A program made the translations under genes and the position numbers. From a virus (Duplodnaviria > Caudoviricetes): a stretch of 64,000 bases of DNA. The stretch covers positions 1-64,000 of IMG/VR virus record IMGVR_UViG_2513237360_000007; one strand, given 5' to 3'. Below the pieces are notes generated by a model that had not been told where the DNA came from, did not search any database, and was given only the letters and a program-made list of their open reading frames with translations. Shown piece by piece: positions 18,250 to 26,825 of the stretch; positions within the stretch are counted from its first letter, which is position 1, and each line of letters begins with the position of its first letter.

Positions 18250-18471
18250 CTATCGTTCCCAATACCAGCCGAAACCATCTTCCGTGTATAACATAAGCCC
18301 GGCTTCTGTGGCGTTAAAGTCTATAACTGTCCGTATGTCCAGATAGTCTGGAGCATTTGCATAGCTGGTGTTTTCCGGCACAGCCATACCCACAAAAAAT
18401 CCAAATGTAAAAAAGCATGATATGGCCGCTAAGGTTTTAATCCTCATTTCCTCCTCCATTTCCAGGCACAA
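18250..18471 (-). CDS. Small exported/membrane protein
   Basis: Hydrophobic N-terminus; GGAGGAGG RBS suggests start at MRIKTL (18447). Confidence 0.6.
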   Translation of the reverse strand: MCLEMEEEMRIKTLAAISCFFTFGFFVGMAVPENTSYANAPDYLDIRTVIDFNATEAGLMLYTEDGFGWYWER

Positions 18472-18495
18472 AAAAAGCCAGGGTTATCCCCTGGC
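18470..18495 (-). terminator. Rho-independent terminator
   Basis: Minus strand GCCAGGG-GATAA-CCCTGGC then T7. Confidence 0.75.
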
Positions 18496-18515
18496 AAGTG
18501 CCCCTTGCAAAAATT

Positions 18516-19025
18516 CTATTTCCAGATTGAATCATGATTCGTTGATGCCTCGAACCGCGTCCCATTTCCCCGGCATTGCGGAATTGCGTTTATCCCCCTT
18601 TCAGGGGTCCTCCGAACCTTTAAGCGTGACGCCTTCGTCCATGACCTCGTAAGCAAAGGTCTACGCATTTTTTTGTACATCTGATTGGAATCCGGCAATT
18701 GTTCTACAGACAGATGAAAAATCCTTCTCTTTTCCAATATCATTTTTGCAAGGCAATGGGTCTGTGGAATCTCAATGTCGAACCAAATATTTTTGCCGTA
18801 AAGGTATGAGCGCAAAGATCCTTTGCTATAACGCTGTATGACAGGGGCGGCCTTGTCATCACTGACAATGTGAACGGTCAGTTTGCCATGGCGTAATCTG
18901 TAGTCATCACAGACATATGGTATACGCCCACTATCCACCCTATATTCCCCGTAACAAGCCCCCTTAGGGACTTTCCTGTCATATATGCAAGTGCAGAAAT
19001 CACCTGTAAAACGACATTGTTTCAT
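18516..19025 (-). CDS. Hypothetical protein (169 aa)
   Basis: AAGGAGG RBS before ATG 19025. Confidence 0.6.
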   Translation of the reverse strand: MKQCRFTGDFCTCIYDRKVPKGACYGEYRVDSGRIPYVCDDYRLRHGKLTVHIVSDDKAAPVIQRYSKGSLRSYLYGKNIWFDIEIPQTHCLAKMILEKRRIFHLSVEQLPDSNQMYKKMRRPLLTRSWTKASRLKVRRTPERGINAIPQCRGNGTRFEASTNHDSIWK

Positions 19026-19103
19026 GGCACTACCTCCTTGTATTTTTGTGCTTAAATACACTCCCCAGGGGCAGACAGATTGCGTCCGCCCCCTGAACTA
19101 TAC

Positions 19104-19961
19104 TCAAGCCGTCTCAGACTGATTGAGTAATTCATTCTTAGATTTATTCATGCCGACCTTCTCCGCCTTTTTCTCCTCCGCAATTATCTCCTCCCTGGTC
19201 TGATCAATACTTTGTCCCGTAATCATAGCATACCCAAAGACCACTGCTAATTTCTTGAATCCGGCCTTATTATCCTTACGAACAACCTTGCCCCCGTCTT
19301 TATCAACTCTCAGCACGCTATTGTAAAGTCTGCTGACCGTCCATGTTAAAGTGGCGCTACAATGCCATTTTATGGGAAGGAAAAGATTGGACTTGAAAAG
19401 CGTCCCCTCCTCCCTTATGCCGAAATTATCATTCAGATACACCGCAATCGCAGTCCGTAACTCTTTAAAAGCGTCCTTTGTATACTCGTCAAGTATAAAG
19501 TTGCCGTCCCCCTCCGTATCACAGGTTGCTAGATAGCAATTAAAGTTATGTACAGCATTTTCCAGCCGGATATAAGCCGGGGCGTAATCCACCCCGTCAA
19601 CGCCTTTACGCGGTGCCATATATCCCACGCCTGGAATGGAAAACCTTGCTATGGTCTTTATAATGTGCAGGTCTTTCCCGGTCACGTCCTCAGGATTAAA
19701 CACTATCTCACCCTGTTTTTCCTTAAGAATGCATTTAGTCTCACTATAACTTGAGACAAGTGCTTTTTCCTCTTCGGTTAACTCCTCCTCGCTGCGAGTA
19801 ACCTTGTTTCCATCACGGTCAACGATCGTTAAGATGGATGTAATGGCAAGCTTTACCTTGCTTATCTGGTATTCCAGTGCCCAATGTTCTACGCCGTTCT
19901 CAAAAATCTGCCTTGCTTCCTCGTTCTTAAAATTCAGTTTCAGTGTAATGTCCTTTTTCAT
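19104..19961 (-). CDS. Hypothetical phage protein (285 aa), first gene of leftward arm
   Basis: GAGGAAGG RBS before ATG 19961. Confidence 0.8.
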   Translation of the reverse strand: MKKDITLKLNFKNEEARQIFENGVEHWALEYQISKVKLAITSILTIVDRDGNKVTRSEEELTEEEKALVSSYSETKCILKEKQGEIVFNPEDVTGKDLHIIKTIARFSIPGVGYMAPRKGVDGVDYAPAYIRLENAVHNFNCYLATCDTEGDGNFILDEYTKDAFKELRTAIAVYLNDNFGIREEGTLFKSNLFLPIKWHCSATLTWTVSRLYNSVLRVDKDGGKVVRKDNKAGFKKLAVVFGYAMITGQSIDQTREEIIAEEKKAEKVGMNKSKNELLNQSETA

Positions 19962-20716
19962 ATTGTTCCTTCCTCTCTGCGGTTTTCCCGCTATAAAATT
20001 CTTTGTCATCATGCCCCACATACTGCATAGGATAGTCCTACACACTAGGACGGGCACGAGTAAATCAAACTATGAGGTTGCCCCCATAACCGCGCCTACT
20101 TTCGCAATAGTTCGCGGATTTCGCCGTATGGATGCACGCCGTTTCACTGTACCCCGTAGCCGCTTAGCGCACTGCGGAGGTGTTGCCGTGGGCACACACT
20201 GTGTTTTGGAATGCAATTATGTCATGGTGCAGGTGGATGAATAAATATGCATCCAGTTCTTAAAATTTACGATAGTCACCGTCAGCCCCTCCTCCCTGCT
20301 GACATCTTAATAATACACAATACGCGAAAACAATTCCACCACGTTAATATTTTTCCGGAAAACCGTATGTTTTATGGGGAAAATGTATATTTTTCACATA
20401 AATAAAAGCGGACTAGGGGGCGTATTAAAACCTAAAAAAATCGTTTTTATCACTGATACCTCCATAGCTGTCCTCCTTCCGAACTGACCCAAAATACCGC
20501 CATTTTTCATCAAAAAAGGCCTAATCCAGCCGATTCAAGATCCGATACCAGGGTTAGGCCCCTATTTAAACCTTATAAGGGAATGTATATTTTTACCGCA
20601 GAAAATCATATTTATGCAATAAAAATGCATATTATACAGTGCGGTTATAGCGATTGGCCAAGAAAAATAAGAACGTTATCGATATGAGATCGGGAATACT
20701 TTATAAGTAATACTTA

Positions 20717-20745
20717 TTGACATATTGCTTTTCAAGTGTTATAAT
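20717..20745 (+). promoter_or_regulatory. Consensus sigmaA promoter
   Basis: TTGACA-17 nt-TATAAT, with TG extension; no long ORF for about 850 nt downstream. Confidence 0.85.
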
Positions 20746-20794
20746 ATATATAGTATTACAGAAAAAACGAAGCATTTATTATTATACAAAATGG

Positions 20795-21237
20795 ATCTAC
20801 GGGCAAAAAATGAATATGTGTTTATCGCTTTAATTCATCGTAGATTATATATCTACTCTTCTTTCCTGTTCGGAAACTGTTATCCCCTTAAATAAATATA
20901 CTATATATTTCTATATGGCTTACAGGTTAATATTATTATATATACTCGCTGCTAATATATTATTATAAACTGTAGTAGCAATAACCTGTAAGACATATAC
21001 ACTGTGATGTTCAATGGTATCAGTTTTCCATATTCTTATCTGAACATCACAGGACTATCTCATTTAAAGATTACTTCTAATCTTTTAATATAAGAGAACA
21101 GAAGCATATCTTTTTTCTTTTCATGGTATTATAAAGCTTCTGTTCTCTCTCTGGCTCACAAAAAATCTATTAACCATATTTTTATAAAATCATGTGAGCC
21201 AGAATATGTTATTATAAACTCTTATAAAAAAAGAGTT
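20795..21237 (+). ncRNA. Array of seven tandem stem-loops (candidate ncRNA or cruciform array)
   Basis: Perfect 7-13 bp inverted repeats at 20795-20845, 20919-20992, 21002-21052, 21066-21085, 21093-21148, 21150-21203, 21217-21237. Confidence 0.6.
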
Positions 21238-21345
21238 ATTATATATAGTGTTTATAATAACATAGTATATATTATTATATATAAACTCTTTATATATATA
21301 GTTATATATAATAACTCTTTATATATATTATTATATATAATATAT
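21208..21345. repeat. Very AT-rich tract with repeated AACTCTT(TATATATA) units
   Basis: AACTCTT at 21217, 21284, 21312 embedded in (TA)n; candidate unwinding/origin element. Confidence 0.6.
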
Positions 21346-21506
21346 AAGGAATAAGGCGAAGCATAGCGCCGATCCGGCCAAAACCATTATAATATCCAGC
21401 ATTTTCTGCATTTCATTTTCTTCGAGAGGATCTTCCATCCCGCGTCCCTCTTTAGATCTTATACGCGATTCCCAATAAATGTAAATACCCACGGTACAAG
21501 GAGGTA

Positions 21507-21608
21507 ATGCTTATTTTTTGCAAAGAATGCCAGCTTAGAACAGCGCAGTATTCGTTTCAACAATCAGCAGTAAGCAACAGGAGGAATTACCAATACCCAA
21601 ACATTTAA
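21507..21608 (+). CDS. Short upstream ORF (33 aa, CxxC) overlapping the RNAP start
   Basis: AAGGAGGT immediately upstream (spacing to ATG is short; ATT at 21513 is an alternative start); MLIFCKECQ... Confidence 0.4.
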   Translation: MLIFCKECQLRTAQYSFQQSAVSNRRNYQYPNI

Positions 21609-24349
21609 TATCTCAACGGTATGTTTTTAAAATCCATTCATCCCGGTTACGCCGGGCGAAATGGGATCTGCAGCTCTCGCTTGATCGTGCCAGAAAAAAC
21701 AAAGAATTGATTGCTCTAAGCGAAAGCCAGATGATGCGGTTCATTGATGAGATCAACGGGATCACTAATCCCGAACTACACATATCATCAATACGCAGGG
21801 AGATAAAAAGGCTTAGGCGGGACAAGGATATTATAAGGTCCCGGCCAAAGGTTCAGCGGCTCTATGAAGAACTGGATCACTATCAGTTCAAAAAAGATTA
21901 TGTGTGTGTCGTGATAGATAACGAAAAAGATTATTATCACATATACAAGAGGGGATTCAAAATAAATGGCACAACATTCCGCAGGCTGCTGGGGACTACC
22001 GGCGGTATCAAGACAAACACTATCGTTTTTGTAAACGAGCTGCTGCTGCCAGAATTAATGACAAGGATCAATAACGGGCGCGATCCTCGGAAGGAGTTTT
22101 CTCCAGCCAAACTTGAAGCATACATTGCATTAACATGCAGCTCCTCCACTCCGGTTAGTATGCCGCGTGGCATTGTAGTTGTGCACGATTGTATTACACA
22201 CTTCAAAGATGATGTGATCGAACTGGATGATACCGGAGTTGATCAACCAAAGATGCGGTTCCTCAAAAACCACGAGATTGAACTGAACAATAGCGATGGC
22301 TACGGGCTCGGGATGCCGTCCCTTATGGAACAATGGGGGATAGACATTGGAGAAGACTTTATCCTTCCTGCTTGTGTTATACGAAACTCATTCTGCAAAG
22401 GAGCTGTCGTATGTGTGGATTTTCAGCAATTCGCTTCAGACCATGGCCTGACAACCATACAAGATATCTGGGGGAACACGCATAGCATATTTGAAGTAGC
22501 ACTTATCTTAACAGAATCAATGCTTAAGCTCTGGGATTCCTACTCCTCCATTGACGATTATCTGGAAAACTGTAAAAAGAATCATTATACTTTTGCCATT
22601 ACGAAGTCATCTGAGTCCGAACTTGAAAATATGAGAACTATGAACTATCAGTTTTTACAAAGCTATGATTTTACAGACGAAGAAATTGACGAGTTGATTG
22701 CCCCTACAGTAAATGAGATACAGGACATCCTCTCCGGAGATTACAGGAAAACCATACTCTATGTAAAGGGCATCGGCCTGAATGATGATAATGTACAACA
22801 CCTGGACACCTCTTTCGCAACTGCTCTGATGATTGATAAGGAAATGCAGAAGGACCCGTTTGTACAAGATCAGATACGCGGGATGATCCGCAAGAGAATA
22901 GACAATGCAAAAGTTGGAGTCTTAAATGTTCCAGCAAACTATTCTATCATCTGCGGGGATCCGTACTCCCTTTGCCAATCCATGTTTGGCCTGGAAGTGA
23001 CCGGGCTGCTCCAGAAGGGGCAGATCTATTCAAAATACTGGATTGATCATGGTATAAACAGAATAGCCAGCTTCCGGGCGCCTATGACATCACACAATAA
23101 TATCAGACTCTTAGATGTTGTCCATAACAGCGAAATGGATGAATTCTACCGTTATATTACCACTCCCACCATTTTTAATAGCTGGGACACCTGCGCCCAA
23201 GCCATGAATGGGTTCGACTTTGATGGTGATTGTGTGATCAACACATCCCTGCCATTAATAGTAAATAACACGCACCAGCTGCCGGCCATATGTTGCGTGC
23301 AGCGAAAGGCTCCAAAATGTGTCCCCACTTCTGATGATCTGATGGCATCCAATATCAAAAGCTTTGGAAATGCGGTTGGCCCCATTACCAATAAAATCAC
23401 CTCAATGTATGATGTTAAAGCACGGTTTTCTCCCGGCAGCCGAGAATACAACATCATGGACTATAGGATAAAATGCGGTCAGCTTTATCAGCAGAACGCT
23501 ATTGACAAAAGCAAGGGAATTGAAGCGCGTCCAATGCCCGCAAAGTGGTATAATTGGATTTCCAATAAGGTAACTCGTACTCAACCATCAAGAGAAAAGA
23601 AATATAATGTACTCAACCGTTATCTCCTGGCCGACAAAAAACCATATTTCATGAAATACATATACCCCTCATCAAAAGCGGAATATGAAAAATATCTTAA
23701 ATCAAATAGTGATAAGTGCATACTAAGGTTCTCGCTTACGCTGGATGAGTTGATCAGCAAGCCCACCCATACGGCAGAGGAAGAACAATTTTTAAAGGCT
23801 TATTACATTGGCCTTCCTCTGGGTATGGCCCCCTGCACATTAAACCGTATATGCTGGAAAATAGAAAGTATCTTTGACAAGTATTATTTACCGCTGAAGG
23901 ATAATTTTGATTACTCGATCCTGAAATCAGATGTAGAATACACCCCTTATATGTTTGGGAAAATCAAAAGGATCTATGATGAGTATGTATCAGAACTGCG
24001 GGAATACAGTAAAGTATGTGCCAAAGAAAGGATTAAAGATTATGACAGCAAGACACTAAAATTCACTTTACAGGAAAACTTCAGAAGGCACTGCGTGGAA
24101 GCATGCCCAAATGCCGACATGCTATGCAATATCATCCTGGATATATGTTATACCAAAAATGGTTCTAAAAGATTCGCCTGGGACATGTGCGGTGAAACCA
24201 TTATCCAGAATCTATTGAAACGAAACAACTATAAAATAACATACCCTACGTATGATCAGAACGGAGACATTGAATTTGGAGGTAACACATATAGGATGAC
24301 AACCACAGATATAAAAGTTGCTATAGATATTGAGGATACCATTCATTGA
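21593..24349 (+). CDS. YonO-like single-subunit DNA-dependent RNA polymerase (RdRP-fold, two-barrel); probable AUA start, 918 aa
   Basis: Catalytic DFDGD at 23216-23230 in NGFDFDGDC; SDGYG, IRNSFCKG, RAPM, QQNAIDKSKG motifs; frame open from 21539. Confidence 0.9.
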   Translation: MPKHLISQRYVFKIHSSRLRRAKWDLQLSLDRARKNKELIALSESQMMRFIDEINGITNPELHISSIRREIKRLRRDKDIIRSRPKVQRLYEELDHYQFKKDYVCVVIDNEKDYYHIYKRGFKINGTTFRRLLGTTGGIKTNTIVFVNELLLPELMTRINNGRDPRKEFSPAKLEAYIALTCSSSTPVSMPRGIVVVHDCITHFKDDVIELDDTGVDQPKMRFLKNHEIELNNSDGYGLGMPSLMEQWGIDIGEDFILPACVIRNSFCKGAVVCVDFQQFASDHGLTTIQDIWGNTHSIFEVALILTESMLKLWDSYSSIDDYLENCKKNHYTFAITKSSESELENMRTMNYQFLQSYDFTDEEIDELIAPTVNEIQDILSGDYRKTILYVKGIGLNDDNVQHLDTSFATALMIDKEMQKDPFVQDQIRGMIRKRIDNAKVGVLNVPANYSIICGDPYSLCQSMFGLEVTGLLQKGQIYSKYWIDHGINRIASFRAPMTSHNNIRLLDVVHNSEMDEFYRYITTPTIFNSWDTCAQAMNGFDFDGDCVINTSLPLIVNNTHQLPAICCVQRKAPKCVPTSDDLMASNIKSFGNAVGPITNKITSMYDVKARFSPGSREYNIMDYRIKCGQLYQQNAIDKSKGIEARPMPAKWYNWISNKVTRTQPSREKKYNVLNRYLLADKKPYFMKYIYPSSKAEYEKYLKSNSDKCILRFSLTLDELISKPTHTAEEEQFLKAYYIGLPLGMAPCTLNRICWKIESIFDKYYLPLKDNFDYSILKSDVEYTPYMFGKIKRIYDEYVSELREYSKVCAKERIKDYDSKTLKFTLQENFRRHCVEACPNADMLCNIILDICYTKNGSKRFAWDMCGETIIQNLLKRNNYKITYPTYDQNGDIEFGGNTYRMTTTDIKVAIDIEDTIH

Positions 24350-25116
24350 GTATAATCCTTAACGAAGTAAAGTATGCCGAACAAATTTTAAGTGGTGAAG
24401 AACCCGCAAATAAACCATATGCTACTCTCACGCTTCTTGGTAAGTACTATCGACAAAAGGTAGGTCTAAAACCAATGGAGACAATTACCGCTTTAAATGA
24501 TTTCATGGTATCGCACTATGATGACTATAACCCAGATTCTTGGGAAGAAGTTATTGAGAAAATAGCCAGGTCAAAGAAATACCTGATTCGTGAACTGGAT
24601 CACATTGAGATCATGCAAACTGAATTGGACTGTATAGCTTTAATCGATGACTTGAATCTACAGAAAATCATGTTTACTATGCTATGTTACGCCAAATTTT
24701 ACAATGCCATAAATCCCCGAAATAATAACTGGATTAACACGGATATAGCTGAAATCTTTAAAAACGCAAGAGTTAATACGCGGTGCCGTAAAGATAAACT
24801 CCTGATTCTAAATAAGCTTTTAAATATGGCAAAATGTGATGGCGAACCATATATATCATTATCAAAGAAAAATACCAACACCAATGTGAAACTGAACTTT
24901 TTAGATATAAGCGGTAAGCCGGTGCTGCAGATATCTGACTTCAGAGAACTGGGGTATGCGTATCTGCAATACCTTGGTAAGGAGCAGTTCACCCACTGTG
25001 AGAAGTGCAGTCTATTAATCAAAAAAGGGAAAAGACGACCCAAGTACTGTTCTAATTGCGCCAAAAATATAAACAGAGAAAAGACCCGGCAGAGGATGCA
25101 GAATCTAAGGGCTTGA
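24346..25116 (+). CDS. RNAP-associated hypothetical protein with C-terminal Zn finger
   Basis: Overlaps RNAP stop; CEKC...RPKYCSNC. Confidence 0.8.
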   Translation: MSIILNEVKYAEQILSGEEPANKPYATLTLLGKYYRQKVGLKPMETITALNDFMVSHYDDYNPDSWEEVIEKIARSKKYLIRELDHIEIMQTELDCIALIDDLNLQKIMFTMLCYAKFYNAINPRNNNWINTDIAEIFKNARVNTRCRKDKLLILNKLLNMAKCDGEPYISLSKKNTNTNVKLNFLDISGKPVLQISDFRELGYAYLQYLGKEQFTHCEKCSLLIKKGKRRPKYCSNCAKNINREKTRQRMQNLRA

Positions 25117-25230
25117 AAATGTTTGATTTTATTTGGCCCCAAAATCCACGTTTTTATGATGGTTTTCGGGCACCTTGCAATTTTCGTTATTATGAAGAGA
25201 TAAGAGAAAACACATTGAAGGAGAAATATT

Positions 25231-25860
25231 ATGGAGAAAATGCTGGTAACACAGGCGCTTAATGAATTGAAACTTTTAGATGGTCGTATAAACCGTGCAA
25301 TTTCCAATGGAGAATATGTGGCTGCTGCAAGACTAAACGAATCTAAAGTATCCAGTACCGTGACAAAAGAGGAGTTCATCTCAAATGCCAAGTCCTCGCT
25401 CCAATCAGTAAATGACCTGATTGAAAGGCGTAAAAAGATCAAGGCTGCCGTTGTAATTTCAAATGCCAACACTTTTGTTGACATTTCAGGAGTTTCAATG
25501 ACTGTGGCAGACGCAATTGAACGTAAAGATAGTATTGAGTATGACGAAGAAATTCTGGGAACCCTAAAAAAACAACTAAGCAATGCAAGGGCTACTGTTG
25601 GTCAGAAAAATTTAAATATGGAGCTTCAGATTGACAAAATTGTAGAGTCCTCGTTTGGGAAAGACTCCAGGCAGAAAATCAATTCTGATGATTATGAGGC
25701 CATTGCTAAGCCGTATAGGACGAACAATGAGTATGGTTTGGTTGATCCACTAGGCATTGAGAAACTTATTGCTCAAATGGAGGAAGCCATCCAGGGATTT
25801 ATCTCTAACGTGGATGCTGCTCTGCAGATAAGCAACTGTACGACCTATATTGAATTTTAA
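25231..25860 (+). CDS. Conserved phage coiled-coil protein (209 aa)
   Basis: GGAG RBS; ALNELKLLDGRI...SNANT.V...MTVADAIERK...LVDPL...VDAALQISN; followed by a structured RNA. Confidence 0.85.
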   Translation: MEKMLVTQALNELKLLDGRINRAISNGEYVAAARLNESKVSSTVTKEEFISNAKSSLQSVNDLIERRKKIKAAVVISNANTFVDISGVSMTVADAIERKDSIEYDEEILGTLKKQLSNARATVGQKNLNMELQIDKIVESSFGKDSRQKINSDDYEAIAKPYRTNNEYGLVDPLGIEKLIAQMEEAIQGFISNVDAALQISNCTTYIEF

Positions 25861-25889
25861 TACATGCAAGCCTTAATTTAAAAGAAAAT

Positions 25890-26238
25890 AGTTTGGCATG
25901 GTTGTGCGAAAATTCCAAATTCACACACCTTCTCAAATAGGAAAATTTGAATATTAAATCCAATACGAATACTGTTAATAGAAAACAGAATAATGGATAT
26001 TAAAACATATTATCTAATTGAGCAAAGTATGCATTCTTTAATGCAAAAGATGCTGGCTTACTTTTTATAAAAATGCTTAATATTCAATCATCAATTCTAA
26101 ATTCTTACATTTCAATCATCTTATGATTAATCATCAATTATAAATCCTAAATCATCGATAAAATCCTATAAGATTGGTTAGCGCCGCTTGTGTGATTAGG
26201 CCGGAATGGTCCAATAGGCTGCCCAGCCATGCCAAACT
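25890..26238 (+). ncRNA. About 350-nt multi-stem ncRNA candidate with internal AATCATC repeats
   Basis: 15-bp terminal helix AGTTTGGCATGGTTG/CAGCCATGCCAAACT; internal TTGAATATTAA/TTAATATTCAA, ATCCA/TGGAT, CTGTT/AACAG, TCACAC/GTGTGA. Confidence 0.7.
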
Positions 26239-26253
26239 TTCTTGAAATAAAAT

Positions 26254-26327
26254 GCGAATATTGAGTAATGGCTATCTCCCTTGCCTTCCAAGCAAGTATA
26301 TTGCTGGTTCGAATCCGGTTATTCGCT
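26254..26327 (+). tRNA. tRNA-Gly(TCC)
   Basis: GCGAATA/TATTCGC acceptor; CTTGC-CTTCCAA-GCAAG anticodon arm; GCTGG-TTCGAAT-CCGGT T arm; no encoded CCA. Confidence 0.85.
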
Positions 26328-26337
26328 TTTACTTATA

Positions 26338-26409
26338 GCTGGCGGAAGGTCGGATATCTTACTAAGCCTCATAAGCTTGGTCAAACAGGTTCAACTCCTG
26401 TGCGTAGCA
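26338..26409 (+). tRNA. tRNA-Met(CAT)-like, imperfect acceptor stem (possibly degenerate)
   Basis: TAAGC-CTCATAA-GCTTG anticodon arm; ACAGG-TTCAACT-CCTGT T arm; acceptor GCTGGC/GCGTAGC needs a bulge. Confidence 0.65.
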
Positions 26410-26513
26410 AGCAAGTCAAATTTCACTTGATCTATAGAGTCATCCCCAGCATGACGTACTTTTTTTAATGATATGGGAAAATAATAATCAAACTATGAAA
26501 GGTAGGTAATAAT

Positions 26514-26681
26514 ATGGCAGTTGTTACAAACAAAAATGCAGACCCAAGAACTGCGGAGCAGAGAGCTAACGATGCTGCTCAGAATGTCCGTCCCAAAGGT
26601 GCCCAGGATACAGCCTATGTAACCACCGGTCCCGCCACTGGGGTAGAGGACGAACGCGCCAAAGATACAGAAACTCAGTAA
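26514..26681 (+). CDS. Small hydrophilic protein (55 aa, MAVVTNKNADPRTAEQRANDAAQNVRPKG...)
   Basis: GAAAGGTAGGT RBS; below ORF-track cutoff; lies between tRNA genes. Confidence 0.7.
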   Translation: MAVVTNKNADPRTAEQRANDAAQNVRPKGAQDTAYVTTGPATGVEDERAKDTETQ

Positions 26682-26708
26682 TTTGGTCATGGCACCAAAG
26701 TGCCCTTT

Positions 26709-26781
26709 GCCGGAATAACTCATTTAGGTGAGCAGCCACAGAGTATGTGAAAGGCTGTTGGTTCGATCCCAACTTCCGGCT
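26709..26781 (+). tRNA. tRNA-like element with defective anticodon arm (undetermined/pseudo)
   Basis: Perfect GCCGGAA/TTCCGGC acceptor and GTTGG-TTCGATC-CCAAC T arm; anticodon stem only 3 bp, loop AGAGTAT lacks U33. Confidence 0.65.
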
Positions 26782-26825
26782 TATTAAAATATACGCAGAA
26801 AGGATGTAATACTATAGGTTCTTGC

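Noticed and set aside
20320-20700. att site, pac site or replication origin in the divergence zone
   Set aside because: Plausible, but I could not identify iterons, DnaA boxes or an att core with confidence
20795-21345. CRISPR array
   Set aside because: Stems are inverted repeats with different sequences; no constant direct repeat with unique spacers; no cas genes in the window
21593-24349. RNA-dependent RNA polymerase (RNAi-type) function
   Set aside because: The fold is shared, but the characterised phage member (SPbeta YonO) is DNA-dependent and the context is a dsDNA phage late arm
24699-25583. 294-aa minus-strand ORF
   Set aside because: Antisense to two well-supported plus-strand genes; Ser/Phe/Leu-rich shadow composition
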